Shown here: positions 9,432 through 18,317 of the stretch, in pieces
How positions within the stretch are numbered: the first letter of the stretch is position 1
How the letters are laid out: every line of letters begins with the position of its first letter
Source: Dehalococcoidia bacterium
GTDB lineage: Bacteria > Chloroflexota > Dehalococcoidia > Lucifugimonadales > VXLM01
Length of the DNA: 64,000 bases
Assembly (NCBI GenBank): GCA_963662435.1
Contig: OY759598.1
Span: 2,636,507 to 2,700,506, forward strand
Direction: 5' to 3'
Made by a program: the position numbers and the translations under genes
The notes under the pieces: model-generated
Databases searched by the model: none
What the model was told of the DNA's origin: nothing
The model's input: the letters and a program-made list of their open reading frames with translations, nothing else

Positions 9432-10313
9432 CTACCTCTCGATAACCTCGGTCAAGACTTGTCTGATCTCTTCAATGTTTTCCGGGGGCGCGACGCCCTT
9501 CTCGGCGGCGATGTGCAGACCGGCGAGCGCCATCTTGCAGTACACGTCCAGCAGATGAGGGGCCTGTCGCTCCATCGCGTCGAGGTGCTTGCGAATCGTG
9601 CCGACGTCGCCCCGAACGAACGGACCGGCCCCTGCGTCGGGAAGGCCGTTCTTGAACAGCGTCTCCGCCGTGCCCGCCATGATGGGGGTGATCGCCTTGA
9701 GGGCGTCGTTCCGCTCGATGCCGAACTGCGCCCAAAGCTCCGCCACCGCGCCGATGAGAGTGTTGAGCACGCCGCCCGCCATGACGACCGTCGCATGGTA
9801 GAGCGCCTTGTCCTCCGGCCTGAGGAAGATCGGTGTTCCGCCCAGCTCCTCGGCCAGCGCGGCCAGCGACTTGCGGGTCTCCTCGTCTCCCTCGATGCCG
9901 AACGTTGAGCCCGCCAGCGCCTTGACCGCTTCCTCAACCGACGAGAACGTCTGAAGCGGGTGGAATGCCCCCGGCACAGCCCGGTACGTCCGCACGGGTT
10001 CGAGCACATCCAACGATGCCGCGCCGGAGCAGTGGACGACGGTCTGACCCTCACGCCATTTGACCGTCTCGGCGACGGGCCGTATGGCGTCGTCGGACGT
10101 GGTGATGAAGACGAAATCGGCGGCATCGGCCGCGCCCTGAAGGTTGGGATACGCGACACACCCCGGCGTCAGTCGGGCGAGCGCCTTTGCCGACTCAAAT
10201 GTCCGGCTCGCAGTCGAGACGACCATATAGCCCTTGTGCATCAGCGCCACGGATAGGGTCTTGCCGACGTTGCCGGCACCGATGATCCCTATCCTGGTCC
10301 TTCGCGTTAGCAT
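9432..10313 (-). CDS. Rossmann-like + DUF2520 oxidoreductase, probable PanG-type ketopantoate reductase
   Basis: GIIGAGNVG, HCSGA, FHPLQTF, LYHA, GPFVRGD; directly upstream of panB. Confidence 0.8.
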   Translation of the reverse strand: MLTRRTRIGIIGAGNVGKTLSVALMHKGYMVVSTASRTFESAKALARLTPGCVAYPNLQGAADAADFVFITTSDDAIRPVAETVKWREGQTVVHCSGAASLDVLEPVRTYRAVPGAFHPLQTFSSVEEAVKALAGSTFGIEGDEETRKSLAALAEELGGTPIFLRPEDKALYHATVVMAGGVLNTLIGAVAELWAQFGIERNDALKAITPIMAGTAETLFKNGLPDAGAGPFVRGDVGTIRKHLDAMERQAPHLLDVYCKMALAGLHIAAEKGVAPPENIEEIRQVLTEVIER

Positions 10314-10346
10314 CGATGAATTTCTCCCTAATGCCTTATATAGACT

Positions 10347-11330
10347 CTATGCAGTGACGTTAAGCTCACCAATTGATGGAATTCCTTCGAGTCCGTTGGC
10401 ACGCCGAACACCACGCACGATCGCTTCGCTGACGCATGTCACGGCGGCAGCCCCAAGCCTCAGCATGTCGGCCATACCTGCTTCGGTTCCTGTCGCGACG
10501 GCGAATATCGTGTCACCGTCCCGCATCGTATGGGCGGGACGTACAGCCAAGGCCAGACCATCGTGTGCGATCGCCGCCAGCTTATTGGCCTCTTCCTTCG
10601 TCAGCGTCGCATTGGTGGCTACCACGCCAATGGTGGTGTTGGTCCCAAACGGGGGTGGAACAGCCGCGTCGTCTCCCGACAACAGCGTCTCCATCGGATC
10701 TTCCAATCCACCGTGGTCGTTCCGAGGCCCGGCCAGGAGGTCGCCCTTGTCGGGGTCGTAGACACCTCCGACCGCGTTGACGGCAATGATGGCGCCGACC
10801 GTGTTGCCGTTGCCTAGGTCAAGACTGGCAGTGCCGATGCCGCCTTTGATGGCACGATCCAGGCCCTGCGTCTTCGCGACGGTCGCTCCCGTCCCGGCGC
10901 CGACGCTTCCCTCCGCAACGACACCGTTCCCAGCGTTGAGGCACGCCGCGTATCCGTCGTCAGCTTGAGGATGTACACCGTGTTTCGCGATGCCGATGTC
11001 GAAGAGGATGGCCGCGGGCACGATCGGCACTGTTACGGCGCCTGCCCGGTACCCGATATCTCGCTCGGCCAAGTACCTCACTACTCCCGACGCCGAATCG
11101 AGTCCGAATGCGCTCCCGCCACTCAGGACGACGGCATGGACTTCCGAGACGTGGTTGGTGGGACGCAGCAGGTCGGTCTCGCGGGTGCCGGGAGCCGAGC
11201 CTCGCACGTCGACGCCACCAATTGCTCCGTCCCTGCACAGGACGACGGTGCAGCCACTACCATGCTCAATGTCCGTGGTGTGACCGACCTTGATGCCCGC
11301 TACGTCGGTTATCGCTCCGCTACGGTTCAC
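10347..11330 (-). CDS. P1/S58 (DmpA-like) Ntn hydrolase
   Basis: ITDVAGIKVGH, GSAPGTRETD, GGSAFGL, GAGTGA, NTTIG processing site, DGDTIF; GTG start after GGAGG. Confidence 0.9.
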   Translation of the reverse strand: MNRSGAITDVAGIKVGHTTDIEHGSGCTVVLCRDGAIGGVDVRGSAPGTRETDLLRPTNHVSEVHAVVLSGGSAFGLDSASGVVRYLAERDIGYRAGAVTVPIVPAAILFDIGIAKHGVHPQADDGYAACLNAGNGVVAEGSVGAGTGATVAKTQGLDRAIKGGIGTASLDLGNGNTVGAIIAVNAVGGVYDPDKGDLLAGPRNDHGGLEDPMETLLSGDDAAVPPPFGTNTTIGVVATNATLTKEEANKLAAIAHDGLALAVRPAHTMRDGDTIFAVATGTEAGMADMLRLGAAAVTCVSEAIVRGVRRANGLEGIPSIGELNVTA

Positions 11331-11506
11331 AGAAAGACCTCCCCAATCCGTATCGGGGAGGCCAATATCATACAACTAGCCTGCGACGGCGACCGCTGTC
11401 ACAAGAGTCTGCTATGCGATTGGTGCTCACCGTTCCAAAACGGATTGGCTGCACGGCGTATCATAGCAGGCGCTTTCTCATTTGCGAAAGGGGGTTTAGA
11501 GGCGAC

Positions 11507-12361
11507 TTACTCTATTCCCCGCTCCCCAAGATAGTCGTGGAGCATCTGGAGGGTCTTCGAGTTCTCCTCGAGGGTGAAGCCGTCGACCTTGTAGACTTGG
11601 GCGTTCTCCATGCCGTCTACACCGCCGAGGTCGACCATCTTTCTTATGAGTGCCTGGTCCTCCTCGATGGACGGGAGCAGATTCTTCCCGTTGAGCACCG
11701 ATAGCGAGGCCGCGAATCCGTATCCACCCCAGTTCGAGACGCTTGAGATGACGAGGTGCGAAGTCGTGGTCACGCAAGGAGGGACCGAGAGCCGGTCATA
11801 GTTCGGGATTACGTCCGCGCAGTTCCCCATGCCGATCTCGTTCCCGCCGTCCCCGATGCCAACCGTGTGCGGGAAGTCGTGGAACAGGTAGTCGAGCTTC
11901 GCGTTGTACTCCGCAATGGAGAACCGCTTGAAGTTCAGGTAATCGCCTTCAGACGTGAGGCCGCACCGCTCGATTGCGATGAGCGTCGTGGGGCCGATGT
12001 CCTTGATGAGGTCAGCGGCCAGGGCCTTGCTCTCCTCATGCCCGACGATGGGGAAGTCGATGACCTGCGCCTTGCCGCCCACCATCGGAGACATGACGGG
12101 CTCCGTAAAGCGGTCCGTAACGTAGACGACCTCGTTCCCCAACTTCTGAAGGGCCTGGCCTATGGCGATTGCGCCCGGCGGTCCGTCGGTCTCCGTAGCC
12201 CCCGCCGCCAGGATGTGGAACCCTGTAACGATGATCGCAGTCCCCGGGCAGTCATACACCATCGCTGCCGCATCGTCGCAGAAGCGTTCATGGAGATGGG
12301 GCCGCAGGGCGGAGATATTGCGTCCGTCACGGTCGAGAATGATGTCTTCGATGCTGTCCAT
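11507..12361 (-). CDS. DUF4392 / D-glutamate cyclase-like domain protein
   Basis: TGF, ETDGPPGA, IERCG, GIGDGGNEIGMG, VSNWGGYG; TAAGGAGG RBS before ATG 12361. Confidence 0.82.
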   Translation of the reverse strand: MDSIEDIILDRDGRNISALRPHLHERFCDDAAAMVYDCPGTAIIVTGFHILAAGATETDGPPGAIAIGQALQKLGNEVVYVTDRFTEPVMSPMVGGKAQVIDFPIVGHEESKALAADLIKDIGPTTLIAIERCGLTSEGDYLNFKRFSIAEYNAKLDYLFHDFPHTVGIGDGGNEIGMGNCADVIPNYDRLSVPPCVTTTSHLVISSVSNWGGYGFAASLSVLNGKNLLPSIEEDQALIRKMVDLGGVDGMENAQVYKVDGFTLEENSKTLQMLHDYLGERGIE

Positions 12362-12407
12362 AGCTGCCTCCTTATCCCTATCCTTGCTCAACTCTCAGAG
12401 TAAGGCC

Positions 12408-12737
12408 CTATCTCTGCCTCATCGACAACCGCTCACTCACAAGGCGGTTCATGCTCACGCCCATCTCGGCGGACTCAATCGCAAGTGCGCGATGCGTCTC
12501 CGGTGGTACGCGGACAAGGAACCTGCCGCTGTAGCGGCGGGTGGATAACGGCTCTGGGACGGGCGCTCCCTCCTTGTGTAGATCATCTACGCAGAATGCT
12601 ACCAGATCACGAATGCCGGCAAACGCCTTCTCCGGGGTCTCATCCAAGTGGCTGAGCAATGGGAATTCGGAACACAGTCCAACATATTCACCGTCCTCAT
12701 CAGACCAAATGACTCGATAAGTGTAGCGATCGGTCAT
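12408..12737 (-). CDS. hicB: HicB-like antitoxin
   Basis: YTYRVIWSDEDGEYVGLCSEFP...YSGRFLVRVPPETHRALA. Confidence 0.88.
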   Translation of the reverse strand: MTDRYTYRVIWSDEDGEYVGLCSEFPLLSHLDETPEKAFAGIRDLVAFCVDDLHKEGAPVPEPLSTRRYSGRFLVRVPPETHRALAIESAEMGVSMNRLVSERLSMRQR

Positions 12738-12970
12738 ACTGTCTCCTCCAGTCTCGTGATCGCTTTGAGCACTTGACGCACTTGGTAGGGCTTAGCCATG
12801 CCTTTGCTAGATTGGATATTAACTCTAGGCTCGCCGGGCCAAGGCGTATTGTAAATCAGGTGGCTTCCGTTCCGTCGCGGCTCTCCAAAGTATCTGTCGC
12901 AGAGCTTGCGAAGGTCAGTGAACCGGACATTCTTGGGACTTCTGCCGACCTGTTCTATCAACCTGTCCAC
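12734..12970 (-). CDS. hicA: HicA-like toxin
   Basis: PKNVRFTDL, GSHLIY, AKPYQVRQ; 4-nt overlap with hicB. Confidence 0.85.
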   Translation of the reverse strand: MDRLIEQVGRSPKNVRFTDLRKLCDRYFGEPRRNGSHLIYNTPWPGEPRVNIQSSKGMAKPYQVRQVLKAITRLEETV

Positions 12971-12976
12971 GACTCT

Positions 12977-13005
12977 ATAGTATCGTTAGCGATATCCATT
13001 TTCAA
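12977..13005 (-). promoter_or_regulatory. hicAB promoter with operator; probably a leaderless mRNA
   Basis: Minus strand TTGAAA-17 nt-TACTAT, ending 6 nt before GTG 12970; palindrome TATCG-TTAG-CGATA at 12981-12994. Confidence 0.6.
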
Positions 13006-13094
13006 GGGTCTCTGATACCTGACACCGGTATTCGGTAGATCGTTCCCATAGACGATAACCCGCGCGTGAAAGGGGCAAGAGGCAACCGCCCCCT

Positions 13095-13793
13095 GTGCTA
13101 AAATCATCACAAATGGCCGTGAAGACCCTAACCCCCAATCCTACCGGCGCGACCATGCCCTTCGCGGTGCGTCCTCTGCGGGAGGATGATATCCCGCAGG
13201 TCAGGGCGGTTGAGAAGGAGGCCTTTTCGTCTCTGTTCCCGCCCACGTCATTCCGGCGCGAGCTGGGGAACCGTGCATCACGATACTGGGTCGTCGAGAA
13301 GCGTGACGGAACGTTCAGGCCCCTCTCAGCCCCACCATCCGAGGGGGTCGTCAAGAAGCTCCTCCGACGCGCGACCGACCTCCGTGCCAGGAGGTACCAG
13401 ACGCATAGTCCCCGGTCCATAGTCGGATTCCTGGGCACGTGGTACGCGGTCGATCAGGCGCACATCGTATCGGTAGGCGTCGCGGATGGGTACAGGCGAC
13501 GGGGTATAGGGGAACTACTGCTGATTGCCGCGGTCGAACATGCGGCCGCAAGAAACGCCGAGACGATCACTCTCGAAGTTCGGAAGTCCAACACCGCAGC
13601 CCGGGCCCTCTATGAAAAGTACGGATTCAATGAGCGGGGAATTCGCAAGCGCTACTACTCAGACAATCGCGAAGACGCCCTCATCATGACTACCGATTCG
13701 ATCCAGATGGAGAGCTACGCCGTCAGGATTGCTGACCTCAAACAGGCCCACGCGGAACGATGGGGACGTGCTGATATGGAACTGGGAGCGTAG
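13095..13793 (+). CDS. rimI: ribosomal protein N-acetyltransferase RimI (true start probably 13113 or 13155)
   Basis: AHIVSVGV..YRRRGIGE, LEVRKSN..A..LYEKYGF, RYYSDNREDA. Confidence 0.85.
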   Translation: MLKSSQMAVKTLTPNPTGATMPFAVRPLREDDIPQVRAVEKEAFSSLFPPTSFRRELGNRASRYWVVEKRDGTFRPLSAPPSEGVVKKLLRRATDLRARRYQTHSPRSIVGFLGTWYAVDQAHIVSVGVADGYRRRGIGELLLIAAVEHAAARNAETITLEVRKSNTAARALYEKYGFNERGIRKRYYSDNREDALIMTTDSIQMESYAVRIADLKQAHAERWGRADMELGA

Positions 13794-13821
13794 GTGTGTC
13801 CCCAGCGCCAACGGGCGTTCA

Positions 13822-14955
13822 CTAGACCACAGTCCCGCAGTCGACTGAGTTGATAGGCGGCAGGTAGTCGATCATAAGCTCCCAGGTGTCTCCATTGTCG
13901 CGGCTGTAGAAAATCTGCCCGGTTGTGGTACCGACGTATATACCGCACTCTTCCATCGAGTCTGTGGCCATGCCTTCCCGCATCACGTGAAGGTAGGCGT
14001 TTCTTTGAGGCAGGCCGTTGGTCAGGGGCTCCCAGTCGGCCCCGGCGTTGCGGCTGCGGTAGACGCGGAACTTCGCGTCGGTGACGTAGCGAACGCCCCC
14101 GCCGACGTCGCCTTCATTCACCGCATTGTCCTCAGGCACGACGTATACCGTGTCCGGGTCCTCGGAATGGACCCCCATCACGAGACCGAAGCGAGAGGGC
14201 AGGCCGTCGCTCAGGTCAAGCCAGTCCTCACTGCCGTTGTCGCTGCGAAAGAAGCCGCAGTGGTTCTGCTGGTACAGGCGCTCCGGCATAGACGGGTGCG
14301 CGAGCACCTTGTGCGGACAATACCCAACCTCAGGGAAAGGATCGGGCGAGAAGTCGGCGCGCAGCCCCGTATTCATCGGTGACCACATCGCTCCACCGTC
14401 CTCCGAGCCGAAGATCCCTGCCGCCGAAATACCTACCCACATACGGTCGCAGTCCGTCGGGTCGAGCACGATGCTGTGCAGACACATTCCGCCTAGGCCG
14501 GGCTGCCACTGATCGCGCGTCGGGTGGGCGGTCAGCGACTCAACTTCATCCCATGTGTCACCGCCGTCCATACTCTTGAAGAGGGCCGCCGGGGAGACGC
14601 CTGCATAGACGACTCCCGGTTCGCCGGTCGTGCCCGGCTCGACGTGCCACACCTTCTCGACGGAATCACTGCTCTCCTCGGCGAAACTTGGATTGCTCTC
14701 GGCCTTCCACCAACTCGCGCCGAGATCGCCGCTCCGCTGGAGCTCCGCCCCCCATATCGGACTGTTGATCGCGGCGAAGACTGTTCCTTCTTCTCTATCG
14801 TCATAGGTCATGTGAAATATGTCCGACCCGGCGTGGTGGGGGCCGGAGACCGACCAGTTCCGGCGTGACCGGTCGGAGGTGAGCAGGAACCCGCCCTTTC
14901 GCGTCCCCACCATCAGGATAATGTCACCTCTGTTCGCCTCGATTTTGTCAGGCAT
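13822..14955 (-). CDS. BNR/Asp-box beta-propeller (YCF48/sialidase-like) protein
   Basis: VGTRKG and repeated SxDxGxxW motifs; YQQNHCG. Confidence 0.85.
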   Translation of the reverse strand: MPDKIEANRGDIILMVGTRKGGFLLTSDRSRRNWSVSGPHHAGSDIFHMTYDDREEGTVFAAINSPIWGAELQRSGDLGASWWKAESNPSFAEESSDSVEKVWHVEPGTTGEPGVVYAGVSPAALFKSMDGGDTWDEVESLTAHPTRDQWQPGLGGMCLHSIVLDPTDCDRMWVGISAAGIFGSEDGGAMWSPMNTGLRADFSPDPFPEVGYCPHKVLAHPSMPERLYQQNHCGFFRSDNGSEDWLDLSDGLPSRFGLVMGVHSEDPDTVYVVPEDNAVNEGDVGGGVRYVTDAKFRVYRSRNAGADWEPLTNGLPQRNAYLHVMREGMATDSMEECGIYVGTTTGQIFYSRDNGDTWELMIDYLPPINSVDCGTVV

Positions 14956-15023
14956 TCAACTCTCCTTGTCACTTCAAACGAGGTCTCCGCATCCTACTAC
15001 AGTGTGCAGTACGGCGGACCGAC

Positions 15024-15300
15024 GAGAGACGGTCCGAGAATTCTTTTTCCCCACAAGGAAACGGCTCTCTTTCTTCTCAATGTGTCTCATGGCTTTGGGC
15101 GCGGTGGTCGTGAGACGGAACTCGCGCATGTTTGCGGAATGAGACGGTTTGAGAATTTTTTCCTCCTCGAAAAGACGTTTCTCTCTCTCTTCTCAATGCG
15201 TCTCATGGCTTTGGGCGCGGTGGGCATGGGACGGAGCTCGCGCACGTTCGCGGAATGAGACGGTTTGAGAATTTTTTCTCCTCCTCGAAAAATCCTCCTT
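15024..15300. repeat. about 2.5 tandem copies of a ~116-bp unit with internal inverted repeats
   Basis: TCTCAATG.GTCTCATGGCTTTGGGCGCGGTGG at 15075 and 15191; GAGACGGTTTGAGAATTTTTT at 15141 and 15257. Confidence 0.8.
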
Positions 15301-15364
15301 ATTATTTTCCTTGTGTCTCCCGTTGGTTCGCGTGTCGGGCCGGACGGCAGGACCATTCCAGAGT

Positions 15365-15435
15365 CCGTTCGTGCTGAGCCTGTCGAAGTATGAACGGACG
15401 ACCCTTCGACCCTTCGACAAGCTCAGGGTGAACGG
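15365..15435. repeat. REP-like palindrome family A (CCCTTCGACARGCTCAGGGCGAACGG)
   Basis: Full inverted pair here; half copies near 31911, 44488, 54920, 57802 and 59533. Confidence 0.8.
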
Positions 15436-15884
15436 AAAGGGCAGATCTCTTACGACGTTGGAAAGACCCTGGGTGGACGGTGCTCGAGGCCGTTCTTCCA
15501 ACGGTAATATTGTAGGATGTATGTTCTTGTCGGTCAAAGAGAGGATTGGACGTGGAAGGAGCTTGTTCAGTCTTAGTGAGTTGAATCGCGAAGAACCCCC
15601 TCTCTGTATCTCTCCCCCGCCGGGACTTCGCCAGTCGGGCGTATAGGGGGGAGTGGATTGCCGCTTTCGCGGGAATCACCATGGCCTAGCGAAGGCCTCA
15701 TAAGGGGATGAGAGTGGGGAGGCGTGGGGAACGGGCAACCACAAGGGCATCTGCTCCAACTAATTCGACGAAATGGGGGGTTTCGTAGCTAATTTAGGGA
15801 ATTACCAACAATCTTACCCATAACCCCTAGACATTGGCCTGTATTTCCGATACAATACTACCCATACAGGTAAGGGGGTTGGAC

Positions 15885-16814
15885 ATGGCAGGCAAGAGTT
15901 ATCGCAAGGGAATCACACTGGTTGAGGCCGTCCGAATGTTCGACGATGAAGAGGCCGTCGAGGACATGTTCATCGGAGCCCGTTGGCCGAACGGCATCGC
16001 CTGCCCCAAGTGCGGCTCGATGGACATTCAAGAGCGACCTACCCGCAAGCCACAGCCGTTCAGGTGCCGCGCTTGCCGCAAGGACTTCTCTGTCAAGACC
16101 GGTACCGTGATGCAAGGCTCGAATCTCTCACTCTCACAGTGGGCATTGGCCGCATACCAGATGAACACCAGTTTGAAGGGCGTGTCCAGTATGAAGCTGA
16201 GTCGTGACCTCGGCATCTCCCAACAGTCGGCATGGCATCTCGCACACCGCATCCGCAAGGCGTGGGAAGACAACGGCGGGCTGTTCGGCGGCCCGGTCGA
16301 GGTCGATGAGACGTGGGTAGGCGGCAAGGAACGGAACAAGCACGAGTCCAAGCGACAGCACGCCGGACGCGGCCCCGTCGGTAAGACGGCTGTAGTCGGC
16401 ATGAAGGACCGCGACACGGGTAAGGTCTCGTCTACCGTCGCTCACAGCACGGACAAGGAGACGCTACAGGGGTTCGTGACCGAGCATGTAGACGACGAAA
16501 CGATGGTCTACACCGATGAGAACCCCGCGTACCACGACCTGCCGAACCATGAGACCGTCAAGCACAGTGCTTCGGAGTACGTCAAGGGCCAGGCGCACAC
16601 GAACGGGATTGAGTCCTATTGGGCGATGCTGAAACGCGGCATCATGGGAACGTACCACCATGTGAGCGTCAAACACCTCGATAGGTACGTGACGGAGTTC
16701 GAGGGACGTCACAACAATCGACCGTCCGACACGATGGAGCAAATCCATACGGTGATTCGCGGCATGGAAGGCAAGCAGCTCCGATACCGCGACCTCACAG
16801 CGGACGCCGCATAA
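15885..16814 (+). CDS. IS1595 family DDE transposase
   Basis: Zn ribbon CPKC..CRAC, KGVSS, VEVDETWVGG, YTDE, HTNGIESYW; promoter TAGACA-17-TACAAT at 15828-15856. Confidence 0.95.
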   Translation: MAGKSYRKGITLVEAVRMFDDEEAVEDMFIGARWPNGIACPKCGSMDIQERPTRKPQPFRCRACRKDFSVKTGTVMQGSNLSLSQWALAAYQMNTSLKGVSSMKLSRDLGISQQSAWHLAHRIRKAWEDNGGLFGGPVEVDETWVGGKERNKHESKRQHAGRGPVGKTAVVGMKDRDTGKVSSTVAHSTDKETLQGFVTEHVDDETMVYTDENPAYHDLPNHETVKHSASEYVKGQAHTNGIESYWAMLKRGIMGTYHHVSVKHLDRYVTEFEGRHNNRPSDTMEQIHTVIRGMEGKQLRYRDLTADAA

Positions 16815-18180
16815 TGGCCGCTCCGAACCGTCTCTACTTCGGTGATTGCCTTGACGTGATGCGCGAGGACATACCGAGCGAATCGGTAGACCTCATCTAC
16901 CTCGACCCGCCCTTCAATTCCAAGCGTCTCTACAACGCTTTTATGGGCGGCGCACAGTGGGTAGCATTCGACGATACATGGCGTTGGCATGAGGCCGTGG
17001 ACGATTTCCACGACGTAGCAAGCCAACCCCGTTTATCAGGCATGATTGAGGGCCTTCGCATGATGCTGGGTGAAAGGCCGCAACTGGCCTATCTCTCGTA
17101 CATGGCGAATCGCCTTATCGAATGTCACCGAGTTCTCAAGCCTACCGGAAGCATCTACCTTCATTGCGACCCCACGATGAGTCACTACCTCAAGGGTGTG
17201 ATGGACAGCATTTTCACGGGGGGGGGGGGGATTTTCGCAGTGAAATCCACTGGTACTACTACAACAAGATGCACGACCGCCGAAAGAAGCTGTTCGCGGC
17301 GGCCACCGACACAATCTTGTTCTACGTTAAGAACATGAATACAGAATTCACGTTCAATCAGTTGACTGAGGCGCGGGATAAGCCAGTCCGTCAACTCAAG
17401 AGAGTCAAACGTTCCGGCAAGATGGTCAACGCCAGAGACGCCGATGGAAAGCTCATGTATCAGGTCAAAACGGACCGTACTATCGACAATGTGTGGCGCA
17501 TCCCGGCTCTACAGCCAGCCGCCAGAGAACGTATCGGCTACCCGACTCAAAAGCCTGTAGCCCTGCTAGAGCGGATCATCGCGGCGTCAAGTAACCCCGG
17601 CGACGTGGTGCTTGATCCGTTCTGTGGTTGCGGTACGACGCTTCACGCCGCGCAGAATCTCGGACGCCGTTGGATCGGGGTAGACGTATGCGTGAACGCC
17701 TGTAAGGTAATCGAGCAACGTCTACGCTCCCACTTCGACACCATATGGGACGAAGTGGAGTTCATCGGAATGCCGAAGACACCGAGCGACGCGAAGACAC
17801 TGGCAGACCTTGATGCGTTCCGGTTTGAGCGGTGGGCGGCCTCACTGGTTGATGGCATGGAAGCCAACACGCGGCAACGGGGAGATAAGGGAATCGACGG
17901 TTGGGGCCGTATCCCAATCCGCAAGGGCCAGTTCGTCGATATGGTCTCGCAAGTCAAAGGCGGGGGAACGGGGCCGGGGGACGTTCAGGCGTTCAACGGA
18001 GCGCGTCAACAGGCGGGGGCAGACTTGGGAATCTTCACATGCTTTGACGACCGCGTAACGCCTCGAATGCGCGACGCGGCGGCAAGTACGGGACGATTCA
18101 TGGAAGTTCCTACCGTTCAGATATACACCGTGGAAGACTTCTTTCAAGGCCGCATTCCGGCCCTACCGAGAGTCGCATAA
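16814..18180 (+). pseudogene. N6A/N4C DNA methyltransferase fused to an Mrr-like endonuclease domain, frameshifted at a G13 tract (17218-17230)
   Basis: First frame: [23 protein letters not shown]. Second frame: [17 protein letters not shown], then FERWA, DKGIDG, QVK. G8, G11 or G14 would join the frames. Confidence 0.85.
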
Positions 18181-18191
18181 GGGGGAGAGAT

Positions 18192-18317
18192 ATGCCGCGT
18201 CGTAAGAAGGAACGTCCCCGTGGTCGTCCTGAGAAGCTGATACGTCCTATCCCTGGGCCGTTCGAGAACGTCATAAAGGCACTGGTTCAGCCCGCGAAGA
18301 AGACCCAGAAATCCTGA
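18192..18317 (+). CDS. 41-aa basic microprotein inside the IS
   Basis: MPRRKKERPRGRPEKLIRPIPGPFENVIKALVQPAKKTQKS; GGGGGAG RBS; fills the gap to the right TIR. Confidence 0.6.
   Translation: MPRRKKERPRGRPEKLIRPIPGPFENVIKALVQPAKKTQKS

Noticed and set aside
15024..15300. CRISPR-like array
   Set aside because: Whole 116-bp units are duplicated, including the would-be spacers.
15004..15682. Short ORFs in repeat-rich intergenic DNA (also 23020-23268, 31128-31873, 44202-44729, 61060-61419)
   Set aside because: Their translations (PFDKLR, HSEERSDEES, VIPAKA, PSPQPSP) are readings of REP/MITE sequences.
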